The position numbers were made by a program, and so were the translations under genes. 64,000 nucleotides of DNA from Basidiobolus meristosporus CBS 931.73. Its lineage: Eukaryota; Fungi; Basidiobolomycota. The first letter of the stretch is position 1; each line of letters begins with the position of its first letter. Of the stretch, positions 1 through 12,463 are shown one piece after another. Below the pieces are notes generated by a model. It made no database searches and was not told the DNA's origin. It saw only the letters and a program-made list of their open reading frames with translations. The stretch lies in assembly GCA_002104905.1 (NCBI GenBank), contig MCFE01000508.1:950-64949 (forward strand), in the 5' to 3' direction.

Positions 1-534
1 TACCTAAAAGGAACTGCTGATATCCGCTTAAGATACACTTATAAGGATTCAGAACAGGATCTTGTGGGATACTCTGATGCTGATTGGGGACAAAATTTGG
101 AAGACAGAAGATCTACCACAGGATACACCTTTCTTTACTGTAAAGGAGCAATTTCATGGAATTCAAGAAAGCAACCACCCATAGCACTTTCTACTACAGA
201 GGCAGAGTATATGGCAGCCTGTGAAGCTACAAAAGAAGCAATGTGGTTAAGAAAGCTCTTTACAGATTTAGGCCTATGTCAAAAAACGCCTATTACTTTA
301 TTTCAAGATAATCAAGGATGTATACAATTAGGTAGAAATCCAACTTTTCATGCTAGAACCAAGCACATAGTTATTAGACATCATTTCACACGTGAAGCTA
401 TAGAGAATAACATAGTTAGCTTAGTTAACTGTCCTACAGATGAAATTATTGCAGAAATATTTACCAAACCATTAGCTAGAGACAAGTTTGAGTATCTTAG
501 GTCAAAATTAGGACTAGTCAGTATGAACATTTAG
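1..534 (+). pseudogene. pol: Ty1/copia family A pol 3' end (RT tail and RNase H), running off the window start
   Basis: Motifs GYSDADWG, RRSTTGY, ALSTTEAEY and FHARTKHI. About 97% identical to the minus-strand copy at 62791-64000, but with several nonsynonymous changes, including ADIFTK to AEIFTK. Confidence 0.95.
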
Positions 535-545
535 CTGAGTGGGAG

Positions 546-894
546 TGTTGTAAAAATTGGTATTTCCACCTAAATATGCACCTAACTTAGTCACTTGGAT
601 CATCACCTTCAAATACTAGAGAATACTGACCAAATTCCTTGTTGGGATTTACTTAGAATATTTTCACCAAAATACCAGGTACCCAGAACATGAAAATTCT
701 CAAAGTTGTCCAAACAGCCCCAAACTTTGCACACATGTTCTTGGCACCTTCCTTAACCTATTCTACGTGTTTGTAATGCCATGACCAGGTAAAAGTATAA
801 ATACTACTTTTACATTCAATAAATCATTAAGTGTAAACCACATAATCTACTTGTTCTCCAAATCACTTCCAATATCTCCAAGACTCTTACAACA
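546..894 (+). repeat. Copia A 3' LTR (349 bp)
   Basis: TGTTGTAA...TTACAACA termini, directly after the polypurine tract CTGAGTGGGAG (535-545). Homologous to 54727-55074 and 62430-62779. Confidence 0.95.
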
Positions 895-3010
895 CTTGCA
901 TGGTGTGTGGAGAATATTGGGCCTTGCTTCACCTTTTGGTAGTTTCCTATGGAGTGGATATGTGGGAAGATAGGAGACAAGTGAAGTTGAAAGCACTACC
1001 ATATCCCAATATTATCAAGAATATTACCTTAAAGTCTGTCATGGAAGTGATGAGTTGGCACATGGAGGACAGCCAGAAACAGTTAGAAATTACTGAGGAC
1101 AAATGTGCACATGGAGACACCTATGCCTATGGCGTTAAGAAGCTAAGCAGCCCCAATGCGTGGGTAATCAGTTAAGTAATGCAAAGTTGGGTTGGGTGCA
1201 ATAAGCAACTAATGTTTATCAGGAAAGCTCCACCAAGATATACCGGATTTCTTGTGGTCACAAGCCAACTTCTACACTATACAACACAGAATTCACACAA
1301 ACAAAAGCCAGAGCGCACCTATAAGGGGGACTAGAATCCAGCAGGGAGAAGGAAAATATTGGCTAAATACTAAGAAGTTCTTTGCCAATGTTCAGGAGGT
1401 ATTCATGGCAGAAGTGGCAACAACCAAGCATATGCTTGCAAGATGTATATGATACCAGCAGTACAAGGTATATGGCAACCTTGCAAATATCACACTAAAA
1501 AGCTGTAAAGTTGAGGTGATAAAAGAATGACAATTGTGGCAGGTGTGTGCGTTTGTAGAGGTTAGTAAGCTGGAGGCAATAGTTTCTTTTTTGATTTGAA
1601 CTATATGTGGAATACCCAAGGTAGTAGTAGGTACTCAAATAAAGAAAGGTGATTCTACAGTGGAATATATGAATTGCACAAGGGGAGGTAGAAAAAGGAA
1701 ATACCATTTGGTAAATTGGTACGGTGGTATTATACAGAACCAGCAGTGTAGCAGGGTGACAGTGACACCCACTGACAGATGTGCTCATTCCCTTATTTTC
1801 TACTTCCCTGCATCTCTACTACACTTATTTTAGTTTTATCCCATTTGTCTTACCCAATCAGTACTATCCCATAAGCCGGTTCACTATCACACCTGCTTAC
1901 CTTATTGCATAAGTTACCCCTCACTTTATGTAAGATTACTAGCTATAAGTGCTTCTATATTAGGCAAGTACCCGTGCCAGTACCCGTGACACAAGATCAG
2001 CCTGTGTCACCATCCCTACCATTTCCATACCATATATGGTATCCCCATGTTACACAGGTTTCAGAATACTGATTCCTGATTGGTTGGATGTGCTGTGCCT
2101 CTTAGAACCTTCCGGCACCTACTTAGAACATTCTTAGTTCATTCTGATGTCATTAAGATTTCTATTGATATCCAGAACCTTCTGGAACACCATGATTAGT
2201 AATCACTTAGCCAGTAAGAAAAGTACATAAGGGAGGCTATCCCTCAACAATAAATCATCAACCCTTTTATCAATATACCAACTTGTTGATTAGTGTGATC
2301 ACTGCTACCTGCTGCTACCTGAACTTCCAACCCTAGACCACAGGACACTCCCAGGAAACCATGCTGACAGCCAACTGACCTTGGAGGCACTACTTGTGAG
2401 GAATACTCAGAGTAGGTATCTTTTATTATATTTGATTCTTTCCCAAGTTTGTTCTTGTACAGGCAAAGATACTTTTCTGTCTTTGTAACTATTGACCACA
2501 GCTGCATTCTTATCAAGTCCCTGCTGGTGGAGTTTACAGTTGTTTTGACTTTGGAAGCATTAGTACATTGTCATCTCAAAGGACACTGAACCCAGCACAT
2601 ACTTTTGTTAAGAGGCCAACTTAGTTGGGGATTGTAGCTCAATAGTTTTCCCTTGACAAGCTTGTGGCTTTATTTGCCTTCACATTAGATTAGAGACAGA
2701 ACTCAAGTATTCCTAGCAAGCTTTTGCCAGAGGTTATTGCACCCAGTGAACACCCCACACACAAAACACCTGAGAAGTGTTGGATGTATCTCTCCCTTGG
2801 ACCAATACACCACCACAGCGGTAGGCTGGCAAACTGCCAAAAAAATGCCTTCAGAGTCTTGCTGTGAGGCTGCCAAAATACCATCACGTTTCTTGCCATA
2901 TAAGGCAATTGGAAGTCCTGGCCAACTGGATCCACTTAAAATAGTAATAGAGTGCTGAAAGACTGCGCAATACCACGCAAATATTGTCACAGCACCTATC
3001 ACAAATTGTC
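895..3010 (+). pseudogene. CACTA/EnSpm-type transposase C-terminal region, interrupted by a solo LTR; right end approximate
   Basis: Translates as LAWCVENIGPCFTFW*FPMEWICGKI, the DUF4218-like motif. Homology to the minus copies (30130-32400, 38130-38570) resumes at 2818 after the solo LTR. Confidence 0.75.
1747..2817 (+). mobile_element. Solo LTR (1071 bp) of gypsy family T
   Basis: TGTAG...CCACA ends and the same length as 8609-9679 and 49476-50546. Flanks are GCAG/GCGG, a 4-bp TSD differing by one CpG transition. The host sequence rejoins across it. Confidence 0.93.
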
Positions 3011-3278
3011 AAGTTACTAACGGGATCTTGATGGATGATCTGGGTCAGATCCACCTGCAGGACCAAATTATTCTCATAGGGGTTGAACACAGCTGCATTC
3101 TTATCAAGTCCCTGCTGGTGGGGCTTGAAGTTGTTTTGACTTTGGAAGCTTTGGTACATTGTTATCTCAAAGGATGCTGAACCCAGCACATACTTTTGTT
3201 AAGACGCCAACCAAGTTGGGGATTGTAGCTCAATAGTTTACCCTTGACAAGCTTGTGGCATTATTCCCCATCACATTA

Positions 3279-4010
3279 GACTTGTTCCATTGGATAGTGC
3301 CACATTGAGCCATGAGTGCCAAATGATGCCATAGTGTGCCAGAGAGGTAAAGTGAGCCTATACTTGGCCACAGAGTGTGAAACATAGCTCTGCATTGTCA
3401 TGTAAAGCAGCCCCTGTGTTTCAGCCATTGCGCAGGAGAAAATCCATTTTTTGACCTTTTTTTGTGGATCAATGTAGCTCAGGATGTGTAAGAGCACAGG
3501 AGAACAGAAGATATGCGTCTGGTACTCAATACCCATGGCACTCTGAATCTAGCTCCTGTAGCTTGTATCATGTCACAAAAATGAATGGCACTATCTTGGT
3601 CCACTGGTACTATCTGGCACTATAAGTGCTTTGTATAGATCTTACTTTAGGTCTAATATTTAAATATAGTGCCAGATAGTACCAGTGGACCAAGATAGTG
3701 CCATTTGTTTTTGTGACATGATACAAGCTACAAGAGCTAGATTCAGAGTCCCATGGGTATTGAGTACCAGATGCATATCTTCAATCTGCTTGTGCTCTAA
3801 CACATCCTGCACAACATTGATCCAAAAAAAAAGGTCAAAAAGTGGATTTTCTCCAACACAATGGGTGAAACACAGCGGCTGCTTTGCATGAAGATGCAGA
3901 GCTATGTTTCACACTTTGTGGCCAGGTAGAGGCTCACTTGGCCTCTCTGGCACACTATGGCATCATTTGGCACTCACGGCTCAATGTGGCACTATCTGAC
4001 GGAACAAGTC
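3279..4010. mobile_element. Foldback MITE, copy 1 (732 bp, about 345-bp inverted arms, about 40-bp AT-rich spacer)
   Basis: Ends GACTTGTTCC...GGAACAAGTC, with arms that are reverse complements almost throughout. CATTA lies on both sides, while uninterrupted LTR copies (about 2682 and 9545) have a single CATTA. Confidence 0.95.
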
Positions 4011-4149
4011 CATTATATTAGAGAGAGAACCCAAGAATTCCTAGCAAGCTTTTACCAGAGGTTATTGCACCCAGTGAACACCCCACACACAAAACACTTG
4101 AGAAGTGTTGGACATATCTCTCCCTTGGACTTATACACCACAACACACC

Positions 4150-4167
4150 TGGCACCCAACTTGGGGG
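4150..4167 (+). promoter_or_regulatory. Primer-binding site, probably tRNA-Lys(CUU)
   Basis: TGGCACCCAACTTGGGGG sits 4 nt after the LTR end. It resembles the Lys1,2 PBS TGGCGCCCAACGTGGGGC after CpG decay. Confidence 0.65.
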
Positions 4168-4284
4168 GTTCATACAAGCTCCATAGGACCCCACAAGATT
4201 TACCTGAAGATATGATCCGTTATCCACTTATTAAAAAGAGATTCCAATATTATTAAGATTACAACACCAACCTACCTACCCAAA

Positions 4285-4998
4285 ATGAACTCTGTGCCAT
4301 TTTCACTCTCACATGGAGCCCCACAGTTTGATGGAAACAATGTGGAAAGCTTTATATTCAAATGGGAGAAGCTCTGCAAGATGTGTAGCCTATCTGAACA
4401 TGAAATGGCTGAAGACTTCCCCTACTACTGCACTGATGATAGTACCACTAAGCTTCTCAGACAAATAAGACATTCTCACTGACTGGGCCATAATGAAGAC
4501 CTATCTACAGACCAAGTAAGGTAGACCCCAGATATACTATGGAATTGAAGACCTCAGACACTTTGGAAGGACTGGACTTTCCAAGCTACCACTTGAAGAG
4601 TTCATTCAACAGTATGAAGATATGGCCAAGCCACTCCTACAGTCGCAGGCTATAACTGAGTTTACCATCACACTTCACCTTGCACAAGTGCTTCCCCAGG
4701 ACTTGGCAAGCAAAGTTGACTTATATGCAGCAAAGGATGACAAGTCTGGCATCCATGCTTTGCAGAGATGAAATGTGTTCTCCTAGAAGCAAAGTTGACT
4801 ACCACATTCATAAGACTTCTGAAGCCTAATCTGCAAGACAAGGCAATCAAGGAACCAAGGAGTGCTGTTGCTGACAATCAGACTAACACTACTGACAGAA
4901 TTGACCAACTTGCTGAACAGCTACAAAAGCTAGCTCTCAAGATTAATGGCTCAGCTGAAGTAGCTACTGAGAGCCATAGATCTTTGCCCAGACATTGA
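4285..4998 (+). pseudogene. gag: gag remnant of gypsy T
   Basis: Broken ORFs (APQFDGNNVESFIFKWEKLC...) between the PBS and the protease. Confidence 0.7.
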
Positions 4999-5099
4999 AC
5001 ATATGGACACCCATATAATTCAGACAAACCATGAAGACCACCAAAATGATCACTACACTACTGAATATAAGACCTTTTACTCAGTGGCAACTGCTGTGG

Positions 5100-8000
5100 T
5101 GAAAGGGTATATATATCATGACCCTGTAGACTGATATATTGACAGTGGTTCAGAGATTTGTGTTGTACCGCTACACTTCTGGAAGACACTTAGAAACAAG
5201 GAGCTACTGCCTGTGGATAGAGATAATGAATGGAGCATGATTGGTGCAAACTCAGTATCTAGTCCACTCTATGGTGTAGTGATAAGTTCCCTATTGAGGT
5301 GCAAGGAATCAAGGTCTGGCTTCCCCTCTTTATCTGCCGGAAAGCAAACTTTGACCTTCTGCTATGCAGACCATGGGTGACCAGTACTAAGGCTACAACT
5401 ACCAATTATTCCAATGGGTCAGTGTGGTATACTATACAAGGATCAAACCCTGGGCTACAGTCATCATTCTGTGGTGCAACACCCAACAATAAGAGACACA
5501 TCCTACTTGCCAGAAGACACATCTTGCTATGGAAGAAGATGAGGAGCCTCACTACATACACCCCAACATTTGGAGCTGCTCATTAGGTATACAGGAGCAA
5601 ATGGCTATGGATCAAACAAAATACAAGACGGTAGAACAGAAGATTAGACCATCAGTTACACCTTTGACTGATGAATCCTGGCCTACTGATTAGATCATGC
5701 CACCAAACAAAGCACCAGAAGATATACAACTTACACTGGAGAGACTTAAGCAAATTATCATTGGCAATGGAAACCTAACATCAGAGGAGATCTTGTTATT
5801 TGAAGAAACTCTGAAAAGACATGATAAGGCTTTCTCATATGATGACAAGGAGATAGGGCTCTTAAAGACATTGCTGAGAAATCTATCAAGATTCCTTCAG
5901 TGCCCCACACACCCTGGTCATTTAAGACTTACCCACTGCCCAGAAGACTCCAGGCTGAGCTCCATGACCTGCTTAAGAAGAAGATAAAAGTTGGTATCCT
6001 AGAACCTTGCCATGGACCTTATGCTAACAAATGGTTTGTGACCAAAGAGAAGAATGTGAAGCTCCAATTCATTCAAGACATGCAACCTGCAAATGCTGTC
6101 ACTTTCAGAGATGCTGCTATGCCTCCATCTATTGATGACTTTGCAGAAAGCTTTAGTGGCCATTCCATCTAATCAACATACAATCTCTACGCAGGGTATG
6201 ACCAGATCCCCCCTGGTGAGACATCAAGAAATATGTTTGAACTCCAGACACCATATGGACTGTTGAGGATGACAAGACTCACCCAAGGGGCTACAAGCTC
6301 CGTAGCTCAGTTCCAGAGATGCATGGTGAATGTGCTGTACCAGTTTATACCTGAGAAACATGCTGTTTTTGTTAATGACATAGGCATCAAAGTACCAAGA
6401 ATCCGGGACACCACTGAAGTTATGCCTGGAGTAGGTAAGTTTGTCTATGACCATATTTCAGACAATGATGCCATATTGGGAGCCATTGAAGAAGCTGGAC
6501 TCACTATCAGTGGTGAGAAAAGTAGCTTTGGTATATCAGAGATATCCATTGTTGGACAAAAATGCAACACCTTTGGTTGTTCACCTGGAGACTCCAAGAC
6601 ACAAAAAATATGCAATTGGCCTACCCCCACAAATCTAAGACAAGCTTGTGGCATTGTGGCCGCTTGCGGGTTCTTTAGGATCTGGATGCCAAGATTTTCT
6701 GAGACAGCAGAACCAATCTACCAACTACAGAAAAAGAATACCCCATTTTTCTGTGGTGAAGAGCAAGAAGAAGCCATGCAATTACTAAAAGAGTCTTTAG
6801 TATCTCCCTGATTCTAAGACCTCTTGACTATCAGAACACTGACTGCCCACCTATTTTGACAGTGGATGCAAGCCCTATAGGAGCTGGGGCACTACTTGGC
6901 CAAGATGATGAAGATGGCAACTGCTATGCCAGCAGATATGAAAGCTGTCTATTCTCTCCTAGAGAACAAAGATACTCACAGATTAAGAGAGAGCTACTAG
7001 TCATTGTGAAGATGCTGAGGAAGCTGAAGTCACAACTCTACATGACACATTTCATCCTGGAGACAGATGCCAAGCCACATATAGGAATGATCAACAAGCC
7101 TGACCTACCTGATAATGCCACAAAGCAATGAATGGCATGGCTGAGAATGTTTGACTTTGAGGTCAGCCATATCCCTGGCAAGACAAATGTTGTGGCTGAT
7201 GCACTCTCCAGAAAGGGACCACAATTATTTGAAGACTTGGACCCTGGCTTTGATGATATAATTGATGCAGATATCCAACAGATTGCCATCAAAGACCAAG
7301 AAAGAACTGCCTGGAGTCTGATCAAGGAATATCTAAGGACACTCAAGAACCCTAGTAGGATAGAAATTCTGGAGTTTAGAAAACTTGGAAAGAAGGCGCA
7401 CCACTACATTCTCAAAGATGATCTTCTCTTTAAACAAGTGAAGCATGGACTTATGTCAAGAAGAGTAGTCACAACCCCACAAGAGCAACTGAACATCATG
7501 AGAGGTATCCACCAAGGAGAACCAGGAGGACATAGAGGACAAGAAGCCACCTACACAACTACAGCTCAGAGGTACTACTGGGAGAACATGTAATATGATA
7601 TCCAACACTTTGTTGAGTCATGTGCAGCCTGCCAGAGGAGATTCTCTAAGTGTTATGAAGAACCACTGCATCCTACTTACACAATCTGACTATGACAAAA
7701 GGTTGGTATTGACCTTGTCCACATGTCCACAGCTGGATCAATGAAGTACCTGATTGTTGCTAGAGATGTCCTTAGTGGATGGGCAGAGGCTTAAGTCAAA
7801 CTACAAGTGCCATACCATATGGAGATTTATACTTGAAGACATTATCTGCAGGTTTGGCTGCATCCAACAGTTTGTTGCTGACACAGGAGAGATGATATTC
7901 CAAATGATCCAGGAGTAGTGCTCAAAGTACAAGATACACATTGCTTTTACTACAGCTTACCATCTATAAGCCAATAGAATGGTAGCAAGAGGACATGGAC

Positions 8001-8570
8001 CACTGGTAAACTCTCTTGTTAAGATCTGAGATAATAATGCAGCCCTGTGGCCACAGTAATTACATCTTGCACTCTGGGCAGATAGAATTACTACCAAGAG
8101 AACAACTGGATTATTGCCATTTAAGCTACTCTATGGACATGACTGCATACTACCAGTTGAGTTAGACATAGTCACTTGGAACGCATTGGGTTGGAAATCT
8201 AATATACAGACTAATGACATCCTAACCACTTGTATACAGCAACTTGACCACCATGGCCTAAATGTCCACAGAGCTGCCAAACAACTGAAGGATACATGGC
8301 TGAAAAACAAAATACCCTTTGGCAAATTACACTCAACAAGACTAAAGCCACTATCACTAAGAGACCCAGTATTACTCTATGAATCTACCTTGGACAAGTA
8401 ATGGAGTTGGAAGTTTGCCAACAAATGGACTGGCCCCTACCTCATTTCCAAAGTAATTGGAAATGGAAGTTATTACATATCTGAGCTTGACAACACCCAG
8501 TTGAGAGCACCAGTTGCAGGGAACCAACTTAAGTTATTCAAGCATAGGAACTTTGCACATCTGGATTAGT
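5100..8570 (+). pseudogene. pol: pol remnant of gypsy T (protease, RT, RNase H, integrase); ends approximate
   Basis: YIDSGSEIC protease motif; QGATSSVAQFQR and VFVNDIG (decayed YxDD) in RT; TVDASPIGAGA in RNase H; H-x6-H...C-x2-C and GIDLVHM in integrase. Multiple stops and frameshifts. Confidence 0.9.
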
Positions 8571-8608
8571 TTACTTTGACCCAAGCTGAAAGCTGAGAGG
8601 GGGGTAGA

Positions 8609-9679
8609 TGTAGTAGGGTCACAGTGACACCTACTGACAGATGTGCTTATTCCCATATTTTCTACTTCCCTATTTCTCTACTACACTTATTTAAGTTTTA
8701 TCCCATTTGTCTTACCTGTTCAGTGCTATCCCATGTGCCAGTTGACTATCACACTTGCTTACCTTATTACATAAGTTATTCCCTGCTTTACCTAAGAGTA
8801 CTAGCAGTAAGTGCTTCTATTCTGGGCAACTACCCATGCCAGTACCCGTGACACATGATCTACCTGTGTAACCATCCCTGCCATTTCCATACCATATATG
8901 GTATCCCTATGTTACACAGGCTTCAGCATACTGATTCCTGATTGGTTGGATGTGCTGCGCCTTGTAGAGCCTTCCAGCACCTACTTAGAACATTCTTAGG
9001 TCATTCTGATGTCATTAAGATTTCTATTGATATCTGGCACCTTCTGGAGCACCATGATTAGTAGTCACTTAGTCAGTAAGAAAAGTATATAAGAGAGGCT
9101 ATCCCTCAACAGTAAATAATCATCCCTTTTATCAATATACCAACTTGTTGATCAGTGTGAGCACTGCTACCTACTGCTACCTGAACTTCCAACCCCAGAC
9201 CACAGTACACTGCCAGGAAACTGTGCTGACAGCCAACTGACCTTGGAGGTACTACTTATATGGAATACTCAGAGTAGGCATCTTTTATTATATTTGATTC
9301 TTTCCCAAGTTTGTTCTTGTACAGGCAAAGATACTTTTCTGTCTTTGTAACTATTGACCATAGCTGCATTCTTATCAAGTCCCTGCTGGTGGAGTTTACA
9401 GTTGTTTTCACTTTGGAAGCTTTGGTACATTGTCATCTCAAAGGACACTGAACCCAGCACATACTTTTGTTAAGACGCCAACTAAGTTGGGGATTGTAGC
9501 TCAATAGTTCTACCATGACAAGCTTGTGGCTTTATTCCCCATCACATTAGATTAGAGACAGAGCCCAAGAATTCCTAGCAAGCTTTCACCAGAGGTTATT
9601 GCACCCAGTGAGCACCCCACACACAAAACACTTGAGAAGTGTTGTACATATCTCTCCCTTGGACTCACACACCACCACA
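8609..9679 (+). repeat. Gypsy T 3' LTR (1071 bp)
   Basis: Follows the PPT, has TG...CA ends and is colinear with 1747-2817. Confidence 0.95.
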
Positions 9680-10800
9680 GCAGAACCAGATTGTTTTTCA
9701 AAGGGTGAAAGTTCTAGAATCTTCAACTTTGAAGAACAAAAGCCCAAGATCCTAACAGCAGCCCAGCTGCAACTATCATATTATGCAGAGCACTCAGTAG
9801 CCAATATATGTTTCAGATTACAGCTCATTTGAAGCAGAATTTAAGGAGTGATGATCAATAGTGCACCATAGCCAAATATACTAGGCATTTGTTCCTAGGA
9901 TTACCGTTGTTACTTTGATTTCATGTAGCTATTAACCTGCCAATCAAATCATGTGAAGCTTACACAGGTGCTGCATCTATGTCCAATCTGCCCACTGCAA
10001 AATTTTAGCATTTTAACATGTGTATTGCTTGCACAATTGCCCAAAAACTTTGATTCTTTGGAATTTTCATAAACATGACTTCTCTGGTGGAAAAATAAAA
10101 TAAGTACCTCTCCTTAAGAATGCAACAGTACCATTGTAAGATTAAAGGCTATAAGACTCTCCCTGCATCACTGCACTGATGAGTAGTCTGACTCTAATTG
10201 GTACCACATTAGTAAAGAGAATGTAGAGCTCACAAGAATTCAACATAAATTCTGAGCAAAACTACCACTTCTTTGTCAGAGGATTCCTCTTTATGAGACC
10301 CCTTTACTCTACAGACACCCTGTTAGTCTATTAACTGCTCAAGAGGTTCCACTAAAAAACACCTTTACTCTGAAGATTTACCTTTATGCAAATGCACCCC
10401 TTTAGACACCTATTTAAGTCCAAAGTCCCCTTTAGAGACCCCTTTGCCATAACCCTTATGGTTAAGGAGGAGCTCAGACTTTCCCATAAAGGTGATATCT
10501 CTCAGCAATGAAAGCAAACTTCAAATCAGGAAAAGTTACTTTAAAAATCAATAAGCCCAGCAGTAAGCCAAAGGTCAGAACTCTGTTGTAAGAGTGGGAA
10601 ACATTGCCTGTAATATACTTTGAGTCTAAGATGAAGCATATAAGTGAAATTTACTTCTTCTGCTGATATGTTAAAGTCCTAAAAATATATTTCAATAGTA
10701 GAATACCAAAAGTTGCTGTACACCTCAGAACAACCATTGGATTGCAGAGCAAGCCCCAAACCAGTTCTAATACAGCATGCCAGAATTCATACAAGTACAT
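9680..10800 (+). repeat. Unclassified repeat family X, copy 1, containing a 42-bp-unit tandem array; ends approximate
   Basis: Reverse-complement homology to 18976-19860 and 48640-50900. Confidence 0.7.
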
Positions 10801-11460
10801 ACTAGTGTGTACCAGTAAAGTGGACCAGAATTCAGTAAAGAAAAGGACTATACTAGCTAAGTAACAAAAATTACTTTGCTGATATTTAGGAGGTACTTGT
10901 AGCAGAAGTGGTGGCAACCAAGCATATGTTTGCAAGATGTATATGCTGCTAGCAATACAAGGTTTATTGCATCTTTGCAAGTATTGCATTGAAAAGCCCA
11001 AAAGTCTAGGTGATAGAAGTGTGTCAATTGGCAATTTCACAACAGAATACAAGAATGATGCAGGGCAAGGTAGCAGATGAAAATATCAACTGGTAAACTG
11101 GTATGGTAGCATTTTGCGGTGTTAGCCATAGACTACTATGCTACCACTATAATTCCAACAGATGTCTTCTTCAAGGCCATCAAAATATTATAGTGTTCTT
11201 ATGCATGTATGGCAATTGGACGTATTAGCCAGTTGAGTATACTGAAGTCAGTGCAGGCTGCATTCAGACCATCAGAATGCCGTCTAAATCCCAATAACAA
11301 AGCACTTGAACACTATCAAGCTTACCTTCCTATATAGTGGTATAATCACTAAATTACTGTCACAATCCCATCCTAGCAGTACACAGATGATCAGTAATCC
11401 TAAGCTGCCAGCAATATAATAGCCTTATTGTGGGTTCTTGATAGCTGGTCCTGATTGCAT
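10800..11460 (+). pseudogene. Diverged fragment of the CACTA transposase C-terminal region; ends approximate
   Basis: Aligns to 1330-1740 and to the reverse complement of 29880-30130. Confidence 0.6.
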
Positions 11461-11469
11461 TCACATTTA

Positions 11470-12463
11470 GGACCAACTTATTTGTCATAGGTTATTTTCA
11501 TCAAAAGCATCTGGTATATAGTAGACTTGTTCTGTTTGATAGTTCCCCATTCAGCCATGAGTGCCAAATAGTGCCATTGCATGCCAGAAAGGCATAGCAG
11601 ACCTAAACTTGCCAACAGCGTGTGAAACATAGCTCTTCATCATGAGGCAAAGTAGCCCCTGTGTTTCACCCAATATGCTGGAGAAAATCTATTTTTTGAC
11701 CTTTCTTTTGTATCAATGTTGTGCAGGATGTGTAAGAGCACAGAAGGACTGAAGACATGCATCTGGTACTCAATACCTTTGGCACTCTGAATCTGGCTCC
11801 TGTGGCTTGTATCATATCACCAAACTGCATGGCTCCATCTTGGTCCACTGGTACTATCAGACTCTATAACTAAATATTAGCCCTAAAGTAAAACTTATAT
11901 AAAGCACTTATAGTGCCAGAGAGTATCAGTGGACCAAGATAGTGCCATGCATTTTTGTGACATGATACAAGCTACATGAGATAGACTCATAGTGCCATGG
12001 GTATTGAGTACCAGATGAATGTTGTGATTTCTTTTGTGCTCTTATATTTCCTACATAGCATTGGTCCAAAAAAAAAGTCACAAAATGGATTTTCTCCAGT
12101 ACAATGGGTGAAGCACAGGGGCAGCTTTGCATGAAGATGCAAAGCTATGTTTCACACTCAGTGGCCAGGCATAAGCTCACCAGGCCTCCCTGGCACACTA
12201 TGGCATTATTTGGCACTCATGGCTCAATGTGGCACTATCCTACAGAACAGGCCTAGTACATGAAGTAACTCAAAAAAGCCCAATGAGCCCCAGACCTTGC
12301 ACACATACTCTTAAGACCTTTTGGACAGCACTTATGTGTTTGCTTTGCAAAGACTATGTATGAGCATAAGTACTAATCTTATGTTCAATAAATCATCAGG
12401 TGAAATCCACATTAGATACTTGTCCTCCTAATAACATCTAGTATCCCCACACACTTACAACTG
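11470..12463 (+). repeat. Old copia-A-like LTR remnant split by MITE copy 2; ends approximate
   Basis: TTATTTTCATCAAAA...|CATGAAG...TTCAATAAATCATC...CTTACAAC aligns to the 3' two-thirds of LTR 546-894. Confidence 0.6.
11524..12253. mobile_element. Foldback MITE, copy 2 (730 bp)
   Basis: Colinear with 3279-4010, has long inverted arms and is flanked by TAGTA on both sides. Confidence 0.93.

Larger units (their letters stand above)
3088..9679 (+). mobile_element. Degenerate Ty3/gypsy family T element (non-chromovirus); 5' LTR truncated or variant, left end approximate
   Basis: Partial 5' LTR ends at 4145, followed by a PBS at 4150 and gag-pol remnants. PPT GAGAGGGGGGTAGA precedes the 3' LTR at 8609-9679. 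Confidence 0.9.

Noticed and set aside
3276-3278. Canonical Harbinger 3-bp TTA duplication at the MITE
   Set aside because: The right flank begins CAT, not TTA. Only the 5-bp (or equivalent 1-bp) reading restores the empty site.
1743-9683. LTRs 1747-2817 and 8609-9679 as the two ends of one element with a GCAG TSD
   Set aside because: The host sequence resumes right after 2817 with GCGG, so the first is a solo LTR. The element ending at 9679 has its own 5' LTR and PBS at 4145-4167.
10290-10480. CRISPR-like array
   Set aside because: The units are degenerate tandem repeats with no unique spacers and no cas genes, in a eukaryotic TE context.
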